A stretch of 63,994 nt of DNA, counting the filler, from Stramenopiles sp. TOSAG23-2 (Eukaryota), in NCBI GenBank assembly GCA_900128395.1. It is 14 parts of 14 records of this genome, joined end to end, with 100 filler letters (N's around TTAATTAATTAA, not from the genome) between each part and the next. Parts side by side here need not be neighbours in the genome. Positions count along the whole stretch, not along the records: positions 32,166 to 36,641 come from LT650884.1; positions 36,742 to 41,217 come from LT650885.1; positions 41,318 to 45,792 come from LT650886.1; positions 45,893 to 50,365 come from LT650887.1; 10 more parts are not named here. One strand, written 5' to 3'. The translations under genes and the position numbers were made by a program. This document shows, in pieces, positions 34,666-47,627 of this stretch. The notes beneath the pieces are model-generated. The model worked only from the letters and a program-made list of their open reading frames with translations, was not told where the DNA came from and searched no databases. Position 1 is the first letter of the stretch. Each line of letters starts with the position of its first letter.

Positions 34666-36295
34666 ATGGATAACAATAAGGTCCCAACAAAACCATCAGA
34701 TCTAAATCTAGAATTCTTTCAAAGATATGTAAATAATAATATTAGTGACGTAAAAGTAGAACCAATAGTAGCTCTTTTAGATTCAGGTGTAGAATTGGAA
34801 AATGGAGGTGGTTTCACTGGTGGCAACGTTGTACGAGTGCGTCTTAAATACAATACTGATAATAGGAAAAATAATAACGAAAATAATAATAATAATAATA
34901 AGCATGTGAAACCAGAGTCAGTAGTTTGTAAACTTGTACAAGCTAATCCATCATACTATTCATTACAAGTATTGTTTGGTGTATTTCAATGGCAAATTAT
35001 ATTTCGCCACCGGGAGTTTAAATTTTATGAATCTCTACGACCTATTGTTACCGAAGCAGGTGTCAATTGCCCACATAGTTTTTTAACTCTAAAGGGTTAT
35101 CCTGATGACTTTGAAACATCTTTATTACCATCTCGTTTGAAATTATTATATCAAAAACCAAGATTTGAAAACATTGTGGTCATGGAAGACCCACCGGGAT
35201 ATAAAACTATTCCATCATTCACTCATGTTCCATTGGTATATTCAAAAATGGCATTAACAAATATTGCAAGACTGCATGGACATTATTGGAACGCATTGCC
35301 TAAAGATGAAACAACGGGAAAAGACTTACTGAGTCGGATTGATGATGGTAAACCAAATGATGGATTGACAAGTGCAAATGACGGTGCGATACTTGAAAGA
35401 TTGAATAATTGGGTCACTGTAAATCAAAATATTAACACTTGGGCAACGGATGATGGAGATAAAGTTTTGAACAAGTTATTAAATGTTATTTCAGAGGATG
35501 ATGAAAATCCATTTAGACTTGCAACATTTAAGTCAAGGTTTATTAATTGGATGAAAGATGGAAGATTATGCAGCCATTTGCTGCATTTTCATAATGAGAC
35601 TTTGCCAGATACGTTTTGTCATGGCGATGTGCACGGTGGTAATCATCTCTATCCCGAAGATGTTGATAACGATGATATTATTTTAATTGATTGGCAAATG
35701 TTTGGTATTGGTAAAGCAGTAGAAGATGTCGTTTATTATATGATGTTGTCAATTGAGTCCGATAATTTTGAAGAAGATCATGTGCTGTATGAGACATATT
35801 ATAACTCCTTGTGTGCTAGTGCTAAAAAAGCAAATAATAAAAATTTTGATCCAAAGATATTCACGTACGAACGATTTTTAGATGATATTTATAAAACAAT
35901 TTGTAAATATACTATTCGCATGATGAGTACACGTTTACGCCCAAATGGTATGAAATTTTTAATGGCTGTCGTACCTGGGTTCAAAATGGCAACAAAAGAA
36001 TCTACCTTTGCATTTCTAGTAAGTTATTGCGTCTAGTTGTTAATACTTAATTTAATATATTATAAATATCCCCCCTCCCTTCTATTATTAACTAATGATA
36101 TGAGGCTTCTAACAATGTATATATATATAATAATATATATCATATATAATATGATATTAAAAATATCATATATAAAAAATATAGAGTGGAATTATGAAAG
36201 TTACTACAAGATTAATTTATAGATGTAATTTATATGATCAACATGGTGTATGGGAAAAGTTAGAGAGGCGTATGTTAAGTGAAAGTCGTTTGTAA
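34666..36295 (+). CDS. Ecdysteroid-kinase-like / choline-aminoglycoside kinase family protein; intron 36019-36184
   Basis: REFKFY, IVVMED, IARLHGHYW, CHGDVHGGN, ILIDWQ. GTAAG donor at 36019 and TAG acceptor at 36184 give a 36-codon last exon. Confidence 0.85.
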
Positions 36296-36741
36296 TAAAT
36301 TATTACAAGGTAATATATATATACATGATGTATATAAATAAGAGAATTTTTATATACATGATGTATTATATATTTATTTTAATTTATTTATACCACAGGT
36401 AATGTGCTAATATAAATCTCCTTATAAAAATTCGATTCAGAAATCTGTAAAAAAGTTAAAGTTTACCTGCTAAAGTTGCTGCAAAACAGAGGCAAAGTGT
36501 GCCTTTTTATAAAAACAGGCACACAGGCTTGAAAACATCAACAGCAGGGCTATAATTATGCCTCGGGCTTGCCCAGTCTGTGCATAAATTACTTCCGATA
36601 AATTTAGCGCTACACAGCACTAAAAACAAGATTTCAGGTGANNNNNNNNNNNNNNNNNNNNNNNNNNNNNNNNNNNNNNNNNNNNTTAATTAATTAANNN
36701 NNNNNNNNNNNNNNNNNNNNNNNNNNNNNNNNNNNNNNNNN

Positions 36742-38895
36742 CAACAACAACATTTTTGACAAATATAATAGAAACAACAGAAAATTCAAATCAAGAAGAA
36801 CAAGACAACGAATCAAAAACAACACCATCCAACAATAACACCGATAACGATGAATTTTTAACTACTCCACGTTTTATATCTATGTCTAGTAATGATATTA
36901 AACAACATGCAATAAAAATTATATTAGAAGATGGAAAAATAGAGGAAGATGAAGAATCACATCAACAACAACAAGAACAACAAAATGGTAATAAAAATGA
37001 AGGCGCAAATAAAAACAATAATAATAATAACAATAGCAGTGTAAATAAAATAGAAATATTAGCAAAGGAGGCCATAGAAGAATTATCGGATGTTGATCGA
37101 AAATGGTTAGAAGATCAACGTGAAAATGATCGTAATACTATTGAAATAATTAAAGCAAGAGACAATGCAAGATTTTTATTAGAAGAGGAACAAAAAGTAG
37201 AACGTGAGAAATTGGAACAGGAAAAACGTAAAAAAGAAATAGAAATTGAAAAAGAAAAAGAATTAGTTATTGAAAAGTTAAAAGAAGAAGAACGCATTAA
37301 AGCGGAAATACGACGAGAACGTGAAGCAGCACGAAAAGAACTTATAGCAAAAGAAGAAGCGGAAATGATTAAATTAAAAGAACAATTAGAGGAAGAGGCA
37401 CGTAGACATGAAGCGTTATTATTAGAAGAATCAAGGCAGGAAATGTTATTGCGAGAAGAACGTATGAGACAATTAAAAGAGCGTTGGAAATTGGAAGATA
37501 AATCTGCAATCTTGTTACAATCACATGCGCGTAAATTAAATGCAAAGAAATATATTAAACAAAAGAAAACGGAACAAGTAAGTGCAATAAAATTACAACA
37601 ATATGCTCGTAGATTTATTACACGAAGTAACTATTTAAAACAATTGAAACGTTATCATGAAAAACGTAATGTCTCCACCGTGTTAATACAAAGTATGATA
37701 CGTATGTATATAATGAAATGCCAATACATTAAACGTCTTCAACAATATAAGAAAAGAAGGAAGTCATCTATAAAAATTCAAGCGGCTTTGCGTCGTTATT
37801 TATGTTTTCAAAAATTCAAAATTATAAAACGAACACAATTGGAATTACGAAAAAAGAATGCTGCAATTGCAATACAAAAAAATATTCGTTGTCATATAAA
37901 TCGCAAAGAATATCTTGCAAAGAAAAAAGAAATACATATTGAAACATGTAAAAAATCATCCATCATGATTCAAAAAAACATTCGTCGTCATATAAGCCGT
38001 AAGCAATACTTAGCAAAGAAAGAAGAAATCTACAATGAAATATGCAAAAATTCGTCCATCGTTATTCAAAAAAATATTCGTCGTTATATTAGTCGTAAAC
38101 AATATTTAGCAAAGAAAAAAGAAATATATATCCAACAAGCAGAAAAAGATGCAGTGGATGCAAATTTAACACCAATTGTCACACCGGATACATCTCCAAT
38201 ATTTATGTCCACAATTGTGAAAAAAGTGGTGACGGAAGTTGTTGAAGACAATGGAGAAAACAATTATACTACTAAGATCGACAATACCAATAACAACAAA
38301 CACAACGATGACGCGGACGACGACGACAAAGTAAAAACACAGCAACAACAACAATATAAAAAGGAAGAAATTCATGATTTTGAGCAGGAATTGAATCATC
38401 TATTTAACAACAACAAGGTTGAACATGAAAAGTCATCGATTAGTGATGTGTCAACTGGAAACGTTCAAGAGGAAATAAAAGAAATGAAAGAAGAAAGTGA
38501 ATATATACGAGGAAATATTTTAGAAACTGCAACAGAATTAAGAGAATTAAAAGAATATTTAAAAGAGAATAATGATGAAATGGATGCAGAGACACGTCAA
38601 CGAAGACGTGATAAAATGGTAAAATTAGTACGTAATTTGAAAGGTTTGAAAAATGATTATGAAACAACTTTAGATTTAATGGAAGAAAAACAAAGCGAAT
38701 TGCAACGGAATGAGTCGAAAGTTGAATATAATGTTGATGTAATCTCGAATCAAAATGCATCGTTGTACGAAATTGTTGAAAATATTGGCCAACATCCAAA
38801 TATACGTTCGTTGAATTTATCTAATTTACAGTTACATGATTTAACTGCATTAAAAGAATTGAAGGATATGTTAAAACAATTGGAACATCTTGATT
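36742..38895 (+). CDS. Coiled-coil, multi-IQ and LRR protein (LRRIQ1-like), middle part
   Basis: About 7 IQ motifs (IQKNIRRHISRK etc.); LRR start IRSLNLSNLQLHDL..LEHLDL is cut off by an inversion junction. Confidence 0.7.
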
Positions 38896-39372
38896 TGAAT
38901 TTTCTGTTGTTTCTATTATATTTGTCAAAAATGTTGTTGTTGAATTATCGGTATTATTGTTATCAGCATTGTCATTATTAGTAGTCGTATTGTTATTACC
39001 ACTATCGTCGTTATTTGTATTTGTTTTTATGGTTAATTTAAACGCTTCACCAATATTTTCCTCATATGATTTTAACATAGAAGAAGATTGGTCAACGGAG
39101 GACATTAATAAATTCCAGGACGATACAGGTGGTGCATTTGGTAGTGAAGGTGGTGATATAGATGAGAAGGATGATGATGTTGTTTTTGATGATGGTGGTG
39201 GTACATTTTCTTCATCCTCATATTTTTTCAAAATATTGGTTTTATTATTATTATTATAGTTCAGTTGTTGTTCTTCATCTTCATCTTCTGACATATTTTC
39301 TAATTGACGTAATAATTCTGCTTCCAACTCATCTTCCGTCATATCCAATACATCTACCATATTTGTTGCCAT
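38888..39372 (-). CDS. N-terminal part of the same IQ/LRR gene, inverted in the assembly
   Basis: MATNMVDVLDMTEDELEAELL... ends TTTFLTNIIETTENSNQ, identical to the peptide that begins the + strand ORF at 36742. Confidence 0.8.
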
Positions 39373-40033
39373 ACTTTATACACAAATGTATGTATGTAGT
39401 GAACGAGGTGGTGATTTCAAAATTATTTCAAAAATTAATATATACCAATAGTGTATCTCAAACGTTATGTTTTTTTTTTTTTTCTAATAATAATATTTTC
39501 CAATAATTATTGAAAGTAGTAATTATTAATTAATATTAAAAAAAAAAAAAAAACAAAAAAAAAAACTGACACCACAAGACAATTTTCTGGAATGGTATAT
39601 CTACGTATCCTCTGGGTACAATTGTCTGCAGTAATTATTGTTGATCAATATATATGTATTATATTGTTTGTTCATCCATTCCAGTTACTACCAGTCGTCT
39701 CTTATCTCTCTCAAGGAATATATATTTATTAATTTATTTATTTTAAAACAATCCTATTTACCTGCTAATTCCAATAAAAATAAAAATAACGTTTTACTTG
39801 ATGCCTTTTTTGGAGTTTGAAAACCTTTTTGATGTGGCCATTTCATACTCATCATATACTAAATAGTATATTTTAAATATCAATAGAATATTAGCATAGG
39901 AATAGTATTATAATAGAGTTGAAGAGTAGGGTTCATGAAACGAAATTGTTCCGAAATTTATCTAAATAAATATATAAATAGCTTCCAATAAGACCATATT
40001 TTTTATCATTTATGGAATAATTCGTTTATTGTA

Positions 40034-40366
40034 TAGCAGGTGAATACGATGCAACCAGGTTTTACTATATACAGTCCATCTAATAATGCTATGTAGCCTA
40101 TATACCTCTATCTAGCAGGTGAATACGATGCAACCAGGTTTTACTATATACAGTCCATCTAATAATGCTATGTAGCCTATATACCTCTATCTAGCAGGTG
40201 AATACGATGCAACCAGGTTTTACTATATACAGTCCATCTAATAATGCTATGTAGCCTATATACCTCTATCTAGCAGGTGAATACGATGCAACCAGGTTTT
40301 ACTATATACAGTCCATCTAATAATGCTATGTAGCCTATATACCTCTATCTAGCAGGTGAATACGAT
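40034..40366. repeat. Tandem repeat, 79-bp unit, ~4.2 identical copies
   Basis: tagcaggtgaatacgat starts at 40034, 40113, 40192, 40271 and 40350. Confidence 0.95.
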
Positions 40367-40889
40367 CCAACATCTATGGTGATGTGATGGTATGTACATA
40401 CTGGTTTTAAGGTTTTAACGTTTTACAGCAGGATTTTTTTGCCTCATATAGGGTATTGAAGTTTAATTTAAGTACATATTTTGTATAGTTAGAATAGTAA
40501 TCACTACAACAAAAATACAAAAAAAAAATAAAAAAAAAAACAACAGAAAAATTCGCACATTTTTGATATAGAAAAGAGCAAACAACGGATGATAGTATTC
40601 ATTCACTCACATTCAGGTCAGGTTTTTTGATTTATAGTTTTTTTTTGTATACATATATATATATATATGTCGGTATCATCTCTCATAATATAGATATAAA
40701 GATATATAATATTTTATTCTATTTGTTATCTTTTTCATTTTTATTTTTTTTTTTGATACACATTTTTTGTTATTTATTTTTAATTTATTAATTAATAAAA
40801 TACGTAATAAAAGTGTAGCTTTACATTTAAAATAATTGGAATTCATTAGTTTTTTTTTACTATCTTCATACACCCAACAACAAAATAAT

Positions 40890-41217
40890 ATGACAACATC
40901 CTTGCCTAAGCAATCAAAGACAAGGAACATTGATGATGATGATGATGATAGCGTCCCAAATTTACCACCACCACCAGATTTTAAATTTAGTGATGTTATT
41001 GATAATATGAATAGTATATTAGCAAGTGTAGGTGGAAGTGTTGAAATTAAAAGAAAAAAACCAAATGGTATGGTAAGTAAATTTCTAAAAAAAAAAAAGA
41101 GAAAAAAAAAACGCTTCCTCTTTCTCTAACACATCACATCAATTTATAATATATTTGATAGGTTGAAGAAATTGAAGATCAAGAAGGTTCATTAAAAGTT
41201 GCTGATTTCAGATTAAA
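40890..41217 (+). CDS. Hypothetical protein, first two exons (intron 41073-41161), 3' truncated
   Basis: MTTSLPKQ..KPNGM|GTAAG, CTAAC branch point, TAG|VEEIEDQEGSLKVADFRL. Confidence 0.6.
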
Positions 41218-41317
41218 NNNNNNNNNNNNNNNNNNNNNNNNNNNNNNNNNNNNNNNNNNNNTTAATTAATTAANNNNNNNNNNNNNNNNNNNNNNNNNNN
41301 NNNNNNNNNNNNNNNNN

Positions 41318-41385
41318 CTCCTCAAGGTGGAGGTATGGATCCAAATAATGTCAATATTCCAGAACATTTAAAGAAAGATTTGTAA
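41318..41385 (+). CDS. C-terminal fragment of an unknown gene
   Basis: PQGGGMDPNNVNIPEHLKKDL* at contig start. Confidence 0.35.
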
Positions 41386-41556
41386 TTGAATATCTCTGGC
41401 ACGTATGCATCGCATATAGGATATATGTGTATGTAGATTTATTACACAGTAATGTGTGTTGATAAGCTCTAAAAGAGAGACGAAGAGAGAATAAGGAGTT
41501 ATATCAACTTACTTTCGTACGGATGTACGAGAGGTACGAACGCGATTTGTACTTCA

Positions 41557-41826
41557 TATATTATTATTTTTTACACTCTGTGTATTCTTTTGGAGAGTAG
41601 AAATTTATTATTAAGAGAGAGTAAATTAAAAAAAAAAATACAAAAAATATATATGTTGTTTGCGTAATTAAGAGAGAGGATATTTATATTTATATATTAT
41701 TATTTTTTACACTCTGTGTATTCTTTTGGAGAGTAGAAATTTATTATTAAGAGAGAGTAAATTAAAAAAAAAATACAAAAAATATATATGTTGTTTGCGT
41801 AATTAAGAGAGAGGATATTTATATTT
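41557..41826. repeat. ~135-bp tandem duplication
   Basis: tattattattttttacactctgtgtattcttttggagagtag...gagaggatatttatattt occurs twice. Confidence 0.85.
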
Positions 41827-41841
41827 TACAGAAAATTGCCG

Positions 41842-42162
41842 CTATTTCGTTTGCTTCTCTAATATTTTATAAATTTCATCTTTTATATATTTAATACCAT
41901 GTGGTGCATATGTACCAGTAGAAGGGACTAAAACCAAACAACTTATATCTCCTAAACCATCTAAATATTCATATAACTCATCTATTGTGTATGTACAGGT
42001 TTTCATATGTGGGTTTAATTTTTTAATTTCCTCTTCGTATATATTCACTATTCCTAACATTCCTTCTTGTAACGTTGGATAATCATACCATTTTTTTGTA
42101 TTCACATTGATAGTAAATTGTATCAATACAATCGTATGCAAAGACGATGGTTTTGTTGACAT
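41842..42162 (-). CDS. ERH: Enhancer of rudimentary homolog
   Basis: HTIVLIQ..DY..GIVNIYEEEIKKLNP..TYTIDELYEYLDGLGDISCLV..TYAPH. Confidence 0.93.
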   Translation of the reverse strand: MSTKPSSLHTIVLIQFTINVNTKKWYDYPTLQEGMLGIVNIYEEEIKKLNPHMKTCTYTIDELYEYLDGLGDISCLVLVPSTGTYAPHGIKYIKDEIYKILEKQTK

Positions 42163-42265
42163 TTATATGTTCGCGAATAATAATAATAATAATAATAGTA
42201 ATATATATATATATATATATATATATACCTAGATTACCTGTACAATGGACTCTATCTTACGTGCT

Positions 42266-42498
42266 TACGATTCATTGTTGTAAAATTGTTATTTATTTTT
42301 TTTTTTGTTTTTTGAATTGAAGAAAAAATTTTTGTTTCTTTGTTTGTTTTATTAAAAAGCAAAAATGACGATTTTCGTCTTTACGATTCATTGTTGTAAA
42401 ATTGTTATTTATTTTTTTTTTTGTTTTTTGAATTGAAGAAAAAATTTTTGTTTCTTTGTTTGTTTTATTAAAAAGCAAAAATGACGATTTTCGTCTTT
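42266..42498. repeat. ~115-bp tandem duplication
   Basis: ttacgattcattgttgtaaaattg...aaatgacgattttcgtctt occurs twice. Confidence 0.85.
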
Positions 42499-42761
42499 CA
42501 CAATAGACATGCCAAAAGATCAAAATTTCCGCCGTAGTAGTATATAATATTTGTTGTTGATATACATTTTTGTTTTTATATTAATTAAATTAATATATAT
42601 AGACTTTTACTGTTTGTGATTGTGTGTGTAGAATTCTCAATATATGTAAGATTTATTGTTTCTTTCATTCTCGCAATATTATCAATATTACATGTATATA
42701 TATATGTTCATTATACGTATATGGTTAGATTGGCGTATGACACATATTATAAGATATAATT

Positions 42762-43718
42762 ATGACGAGTGTAGTAGTAAACGATGTAAATAATAATAAT
42801 AATGAAGAAAAACGACGAAGAGAAATTATATTGAATGATCAAGATGTGGAAACATTTAAAAAACAAAATTATATGGTGATTGATAATTTTTTAGGGGAGG
42901 ATTGGTCGTCTGTTTTATTGGATGATTGTAAGAAAATGCAAAATAAGGGACTCGTAACACAACACTACTTTAAATTTGGAAATGCATTATATGAAAAACC
43001 AAATATTTTTGAATTAGATTTACATGATGAAAAGAAGCGGAAGGAATCAAATGAGTTGAATTTTATATTTGAAACGGGTGGACCAAACTTTGTATTGGAA
43101 GCGAAAAAAAAATTAACGTTTTTAAATTTAGCAAATGAACCATCAGCAATTAAATTGCAATATAATAAAGGAAATGGAGGTTGTTTTCCATATCACTATG
43201 ATAATCCTGGACCCCCTTCGCGTCGACAATTAACTTGTATTGTATATCTTAATCAAAATTGGAAGGAAGGTGATGGTGGTGAACTTGAATTATTACCATT
43301 TTTATCGAAAAAAATTATAATTAAACCAATCATGGATCGAGCCGTCTTGTTTCGTAGTGATATGTTTTTACATCGTGTCTTACCATCAAGTAAAGAACGA
43401 TATTGTTTTACCATATGGGTTGATGGATTAACTGTAAATGAAGATAAAGATGTATTATTAACACGTGACAAATTACGTTTTACATCATGGGAAGAGGCTG
43501 AACAATTTTTTGCTAATTCACCATTACAACGAGTTATTGGTCGTGCTGTATATGATAAAGAATATCAAAGTAGTTTACTGGAATGTGTTGGTGGGACAAA
43601 TGGTGAGCAACCGATGTTAATGCAGCATGATAAAGCGGTATCAAATATTTACAAAAGTTTAAAACCATTAATAAATGAATTTCGCAATCGTAAAACATTA
43701 ATTCAACATGGTGATTAA
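42762..43718 (+). CDS. 2OG-Fe(II) oxygenase, prolyl-4-hydroxylase/EGLN-like
   Basis: HYD...LTCIVYLN..W..GDGGEL..DRAVLF..HRV..ERY (HxD, H and R ligands). Confidence 0.88.
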   Translation: MTSVVVNDVNNNNNEEKRRREIILNDQDVETFKKQNYMVIDNFLGEDWSSVLLDDCKKMQNKGLVTQHYFKFGNALYEKPNIFELDLHDEKKRKESNELNFIFETGGPNFVLEAKKKLTFLNLANEPSAIKLQYNKGNGGCFPYHYDNPGPPSRRQLTCIVYLNQNWKEGDGGELELLPFLSKKIIIKPIMDRAVLFRSDMFLHRVLPSSKERYCFTIWVDGLTVNEDKDVLLTRDKLRFTSWEEAEQFFANSPLQRVIGRAVYDKEYQSSLLECVGGTNGEQPMLMQHDKAVSNIYKSLKPLINEFRNRKTLIQHGD

Positions 43719-44181
43719 TTCAAGAGAGGTGGGGACGGTTTTAGGTTTTATTTAAGGGCAACAACAAAATTATAACAAATGTGCAAATAATTAAAATTTA
43801 GACCTCTTTTTTGCAGAACTCCACATTAATAGCATTGGAATAACACAGATATATACAGATTTGAAAAACACGACTGAGAAGAGTTTAAGTTTTTGAGAGG
43901 ACCAGCAGAGGACCAAAAAAATCATGCTGCTTTATATTATCATCACACGTCACCACCACAATATAATCATATACATCTTCTGTAATTCGATCCAAAATGC
44001 ATATATTATTATATTGTGTTTTTGAATCATTTAAGCTATATGTAACGAGAAGGAATTAAAAAAGAGAGAGACAAATTACAGATAGAATTATTTGAACACA
44101 TATATAGATTAAAAATAGAAGATTTACTTTTTTTTATATGCATACACATATACATACATATATTATATACACGCTATTATC

Positions 44182-45331
44182 ATGAACATTGTACAAGAAT
44201 TTGTCGACACTTTACCGCGTGCTATTGAATTAATACAAGCTATGTGTACAGCAATATTTGTTGAAGCTGATACATCAGATGAAACGGAGGAACCCGTATT
44301 CCGTAGAGACATGTGTATGATATTACACTTTACCGCGTGCTATTGAATTAATACAAGCTATGTGTACAGCAATATTTGTTGAAGCTGATACATCAGATGA
44401 AACGGAGGAACCCGTATTCCGTAGAGACATGTGTATGATATTATATTTTACTGTATTATATTTTTGTTGTGCTTGGACGTTACGTTTGATAATCTTACGA
44501 CCAATTGCACGATTATCTTTATCTGTTAGTGGTGATAACCGAAAATTAGAAAAACGTACGGATAAGTCAGTTCAGTCCTTTCTAGAGGCTATTGAATATG
44601 GTCTGTTTAGTTACATGGGATATACTATAATTATGCAACATGATTGGGTGTGGCCTAGTCATCAATGGTTTGGTCCAAAAACACATGATGGTCCTGGTTC
44701 TCAAACTTCGCTTAAATTTCAAAGAAAGTCATTTAGTTGCTTCTATATGTTTTATGTAGCAAGATATTCATCTAATTTATTTTCTGTCATTGTTGTTGAA
44801 AAACATCGTAAAGATTTTGTTCAAATGGTTGCGCACCATATATGTACAATGATTTTGGTGTTAGGTTCTTATTTCGGTGGATACGGGCGTATTGGCTCGA
44901 TGATTATGCTTTGTATGGATCCAGCGGATGTTCCATTGCATATTGCTAAAGTTATTAAATACATGGCTGTTGATAGTAAAGAGAAAGTTGTCAATCCAAC
45001 ATTACAAGTAATTTGCGATATTATGTTTGTAATATTTATGCTTGTGTTCACATTTACACGTTTAGTAGTATTTGGATATTTATCATATTCTGGTACATTT
45101 GAAAGTGCTGCACGTTGGGGTGGGCAAGAGATGTCGACAGGTGGCATATATATAGGAATGAAGGAACATTTTGATACAAATGTATGGGTATGTTTATGCG
45201 CTCTATATGTATTATACGGTTTACAAGTATTTTGGAAATCATTAATTGCAAAAGTTTTATTGCGAATTCTTGCCGGTGGGATTGCAGATGATATACGTGA
45301 ATCTGATAGTGACGTAGACAAAAATGATTAA
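44182..45331 (+). CDS. TLC-domain ceramide synthase (LAG1/LASS family); 5' part disrupted by a 118-bp tandem duplication
   Basis: Lag1 motif RKDFVQMVAHHICT..RIG..DPADVPLHIAK; C-terminal DIRESD. Likely true ATG at 44182. Confidence 0.85.
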
Positions 45332-45511
45332 AAAAAATAATTAAAAAAAAAGAGAGAGAACAAAAATTCAAAGAATTCAAAAAGAAGGACACATTTATTG
45401 CAGATGATATACGTGAATCTGATAGTGACGTAGACAAAAATGATTAAAAAAATAATTAAAAAAAAAGAGAGAGAACAAAAATTCAAAGAATTCAAAAAGA
45501 AGGACACATTT
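45281..45511. repeat. ~116-bp tandem duplication spanning the ceramide synthase stop codon
   Basis: attgcagatgatatacgtgaatctg...aaggacacattt at 45281 and 45397. Confidence 0.85.
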
Positions 45512-46479
45512 ATATGTGGACCCAGTATTGAGTACATAGTAATTTTACGAAAGGTTTAACACAAATAATTTATTATACAGGACCAATAAAAGATAAATAA
45601 TACCTTCTTATAAAGGGAAATAATTTTGAATAATTTATAAAAAGGGAAATAAAAATCCAGTGTAATATAAGGTATATTTAATATATACTGTTAAGACTAT
45701 TACTAAAATATAGGAAACCCTTTCAACACACACGAAATTCTCGTAAATTTTTGATTACAACAACCTGTATACAGTCGACAATTGATATTTTCNNNNNNNN
45801 NNNNNNNNNNNNNNNNNNNNNNNNNNNNNNNNNNNNTTAATTAATTAANNNNNNNNNNNNNNNNNNNNNNNNNNNNNNNNNNNNNNNNNNNNATTTTATT
45901 TTGTAGTTTTTTTTTAAAAAAATATGGAAGAGGTGTTTGTATATAGTATATCTGTAGATGCACACTTTATATCTATATAATATATCTACATATTATATTA
46001 CTTTATTCAATACTAAAATGTTAATAATATGTCATCATATTTTTTGTTTTTTATTATTTTTTATTATTGAAATTATTGTCGCGTGCTTTTCTCTTACCAG
46101 CTTATTGAACAAGATAATGTGGCTAACTGCTATTTTTTAATCTGGATTTATATACTAGTAAGTATAAATTATACATATTTTACTATCAAACCTCGTGCAC
46201 TATACTTTTAAATGCAATATCAAAAATATCACTCTCCTTATAAATTAAAATGAATAATTTCAATAATAAACCTTCCTTAAAAGGTTTTGGACCTAGATTA
46301 CCTTAAACATCATTTTTTATTTGTCCGTCACAAATTATAACCGTCGTCGTATAAAAAAAGAATATGCACTCATCATATCACATAAAATATCAAATGCTTA
46401 TACATGTGTCCATATATGAGGTATGTTTATTTACTCTTCTTTAGTATTCATAACGCATTCGTCTATTGCTTCATTTATC

Positions 46480-46862
46480 AAAGCTACGAACGACGAAGAA
46501 CTCCTGCTAGAATACAAGATAGAGCGGGTGCATACAATATATATAGCGACTGCATGCAATTACTTTTTGCAAGTGAATATCTCAAATGATTTATTTTAGC
46601 CACGTAACCCGAGGAATTACCTTTCGGCCACCTAGTACATTTTATGGCGTTACGCATTATATAGATGAAACATCAGATCCGACGGTCCCTCCATCAGGGG
46701 AAATATCAACTATTATTGTTCCAAAAGATACTGTAATTAAGGCTGCACACAATTAATTGCAGCGATGCATGGAAAATTCTGGTTGTGATATAAAAGCTTT
46801 TAAAGTTTATGCAAACTGGTTTAGAGCGGGTCAGGGTTATACGTGCACGTGGCATAGAAGCA
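46480..46862 (+). pseudogene. Possible degraded coding remnant
   Basis: Coding-like composition; HVTRGITFRPPSTFYG...AAHN*LQRCMENSGCDIKAFKVYANWFRAGQGYTCTWHR contains an in-frame stop. Confidence 0.3.
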
Positions 46863-47627
46863 CTGCAGCAGCTGCAGCACTACTGCGGCGGTGTTTTGCT
46901 CCACAGCTACTGCTATACGCCTCGTATTTATATTATTATCTTTGCGGATTTCTTGTATTCCAGCTACTACTTTGTATATATTAAGGAAAACTAAAAACAA
47001 ACTGTATATTATTTCAATTATTCTTCAATTATTTCAATCATATTCCTATGTTTTCAGTAAAAGAGGCATCTCAAGATCAGCCGTACAGAGTGGTGAATAG
47101 GTAATACACAGCATTGACTTCCTATCAATACATGAACACAGGATTAAAATAATATATCATATTTTCGTATACTCTTAGTACAAATAGCTTCATTTCCTCC
47201 CTCATATTTTACAATTTTGAATAAAACATCAAAAATATTTAAAAATGAATAAATGAAAGATCAAAAACGACTGAAAATTACATTATATATAGTTATATAA
47301 TTAAATAATAGATTTCACGACTGAACATTTCACGACCCATACGTTATTTTGCACTTTCCCATGGTCTCCCATACATCCTGTTGCATTTCACAAGTCCATA
47401 TATTCATATTGAACAACTTTATAACTGTCTGGCACAGGGAAAGTTGAGGAAACAAAAGTTATAGACCAAAAGTTATATTCTCATTCTAATTTGATTTGCA
47501 ATATGGCATATACCTTCGACGCTGATGGTTTTTGATGAAGGTGTGGAATGTAAACCACGATGCCCGATTCCAAACTCTGGCGACGTCCAAATTACCAGCG
47601 ATTGCTATACAATATGGCCATCGATAA

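Noticed and set aside
40034..40366. CRISPR array
   Set aside because: Units are fully identical with no variable spacers, there are no cas genes, and the context is eukaryotic.
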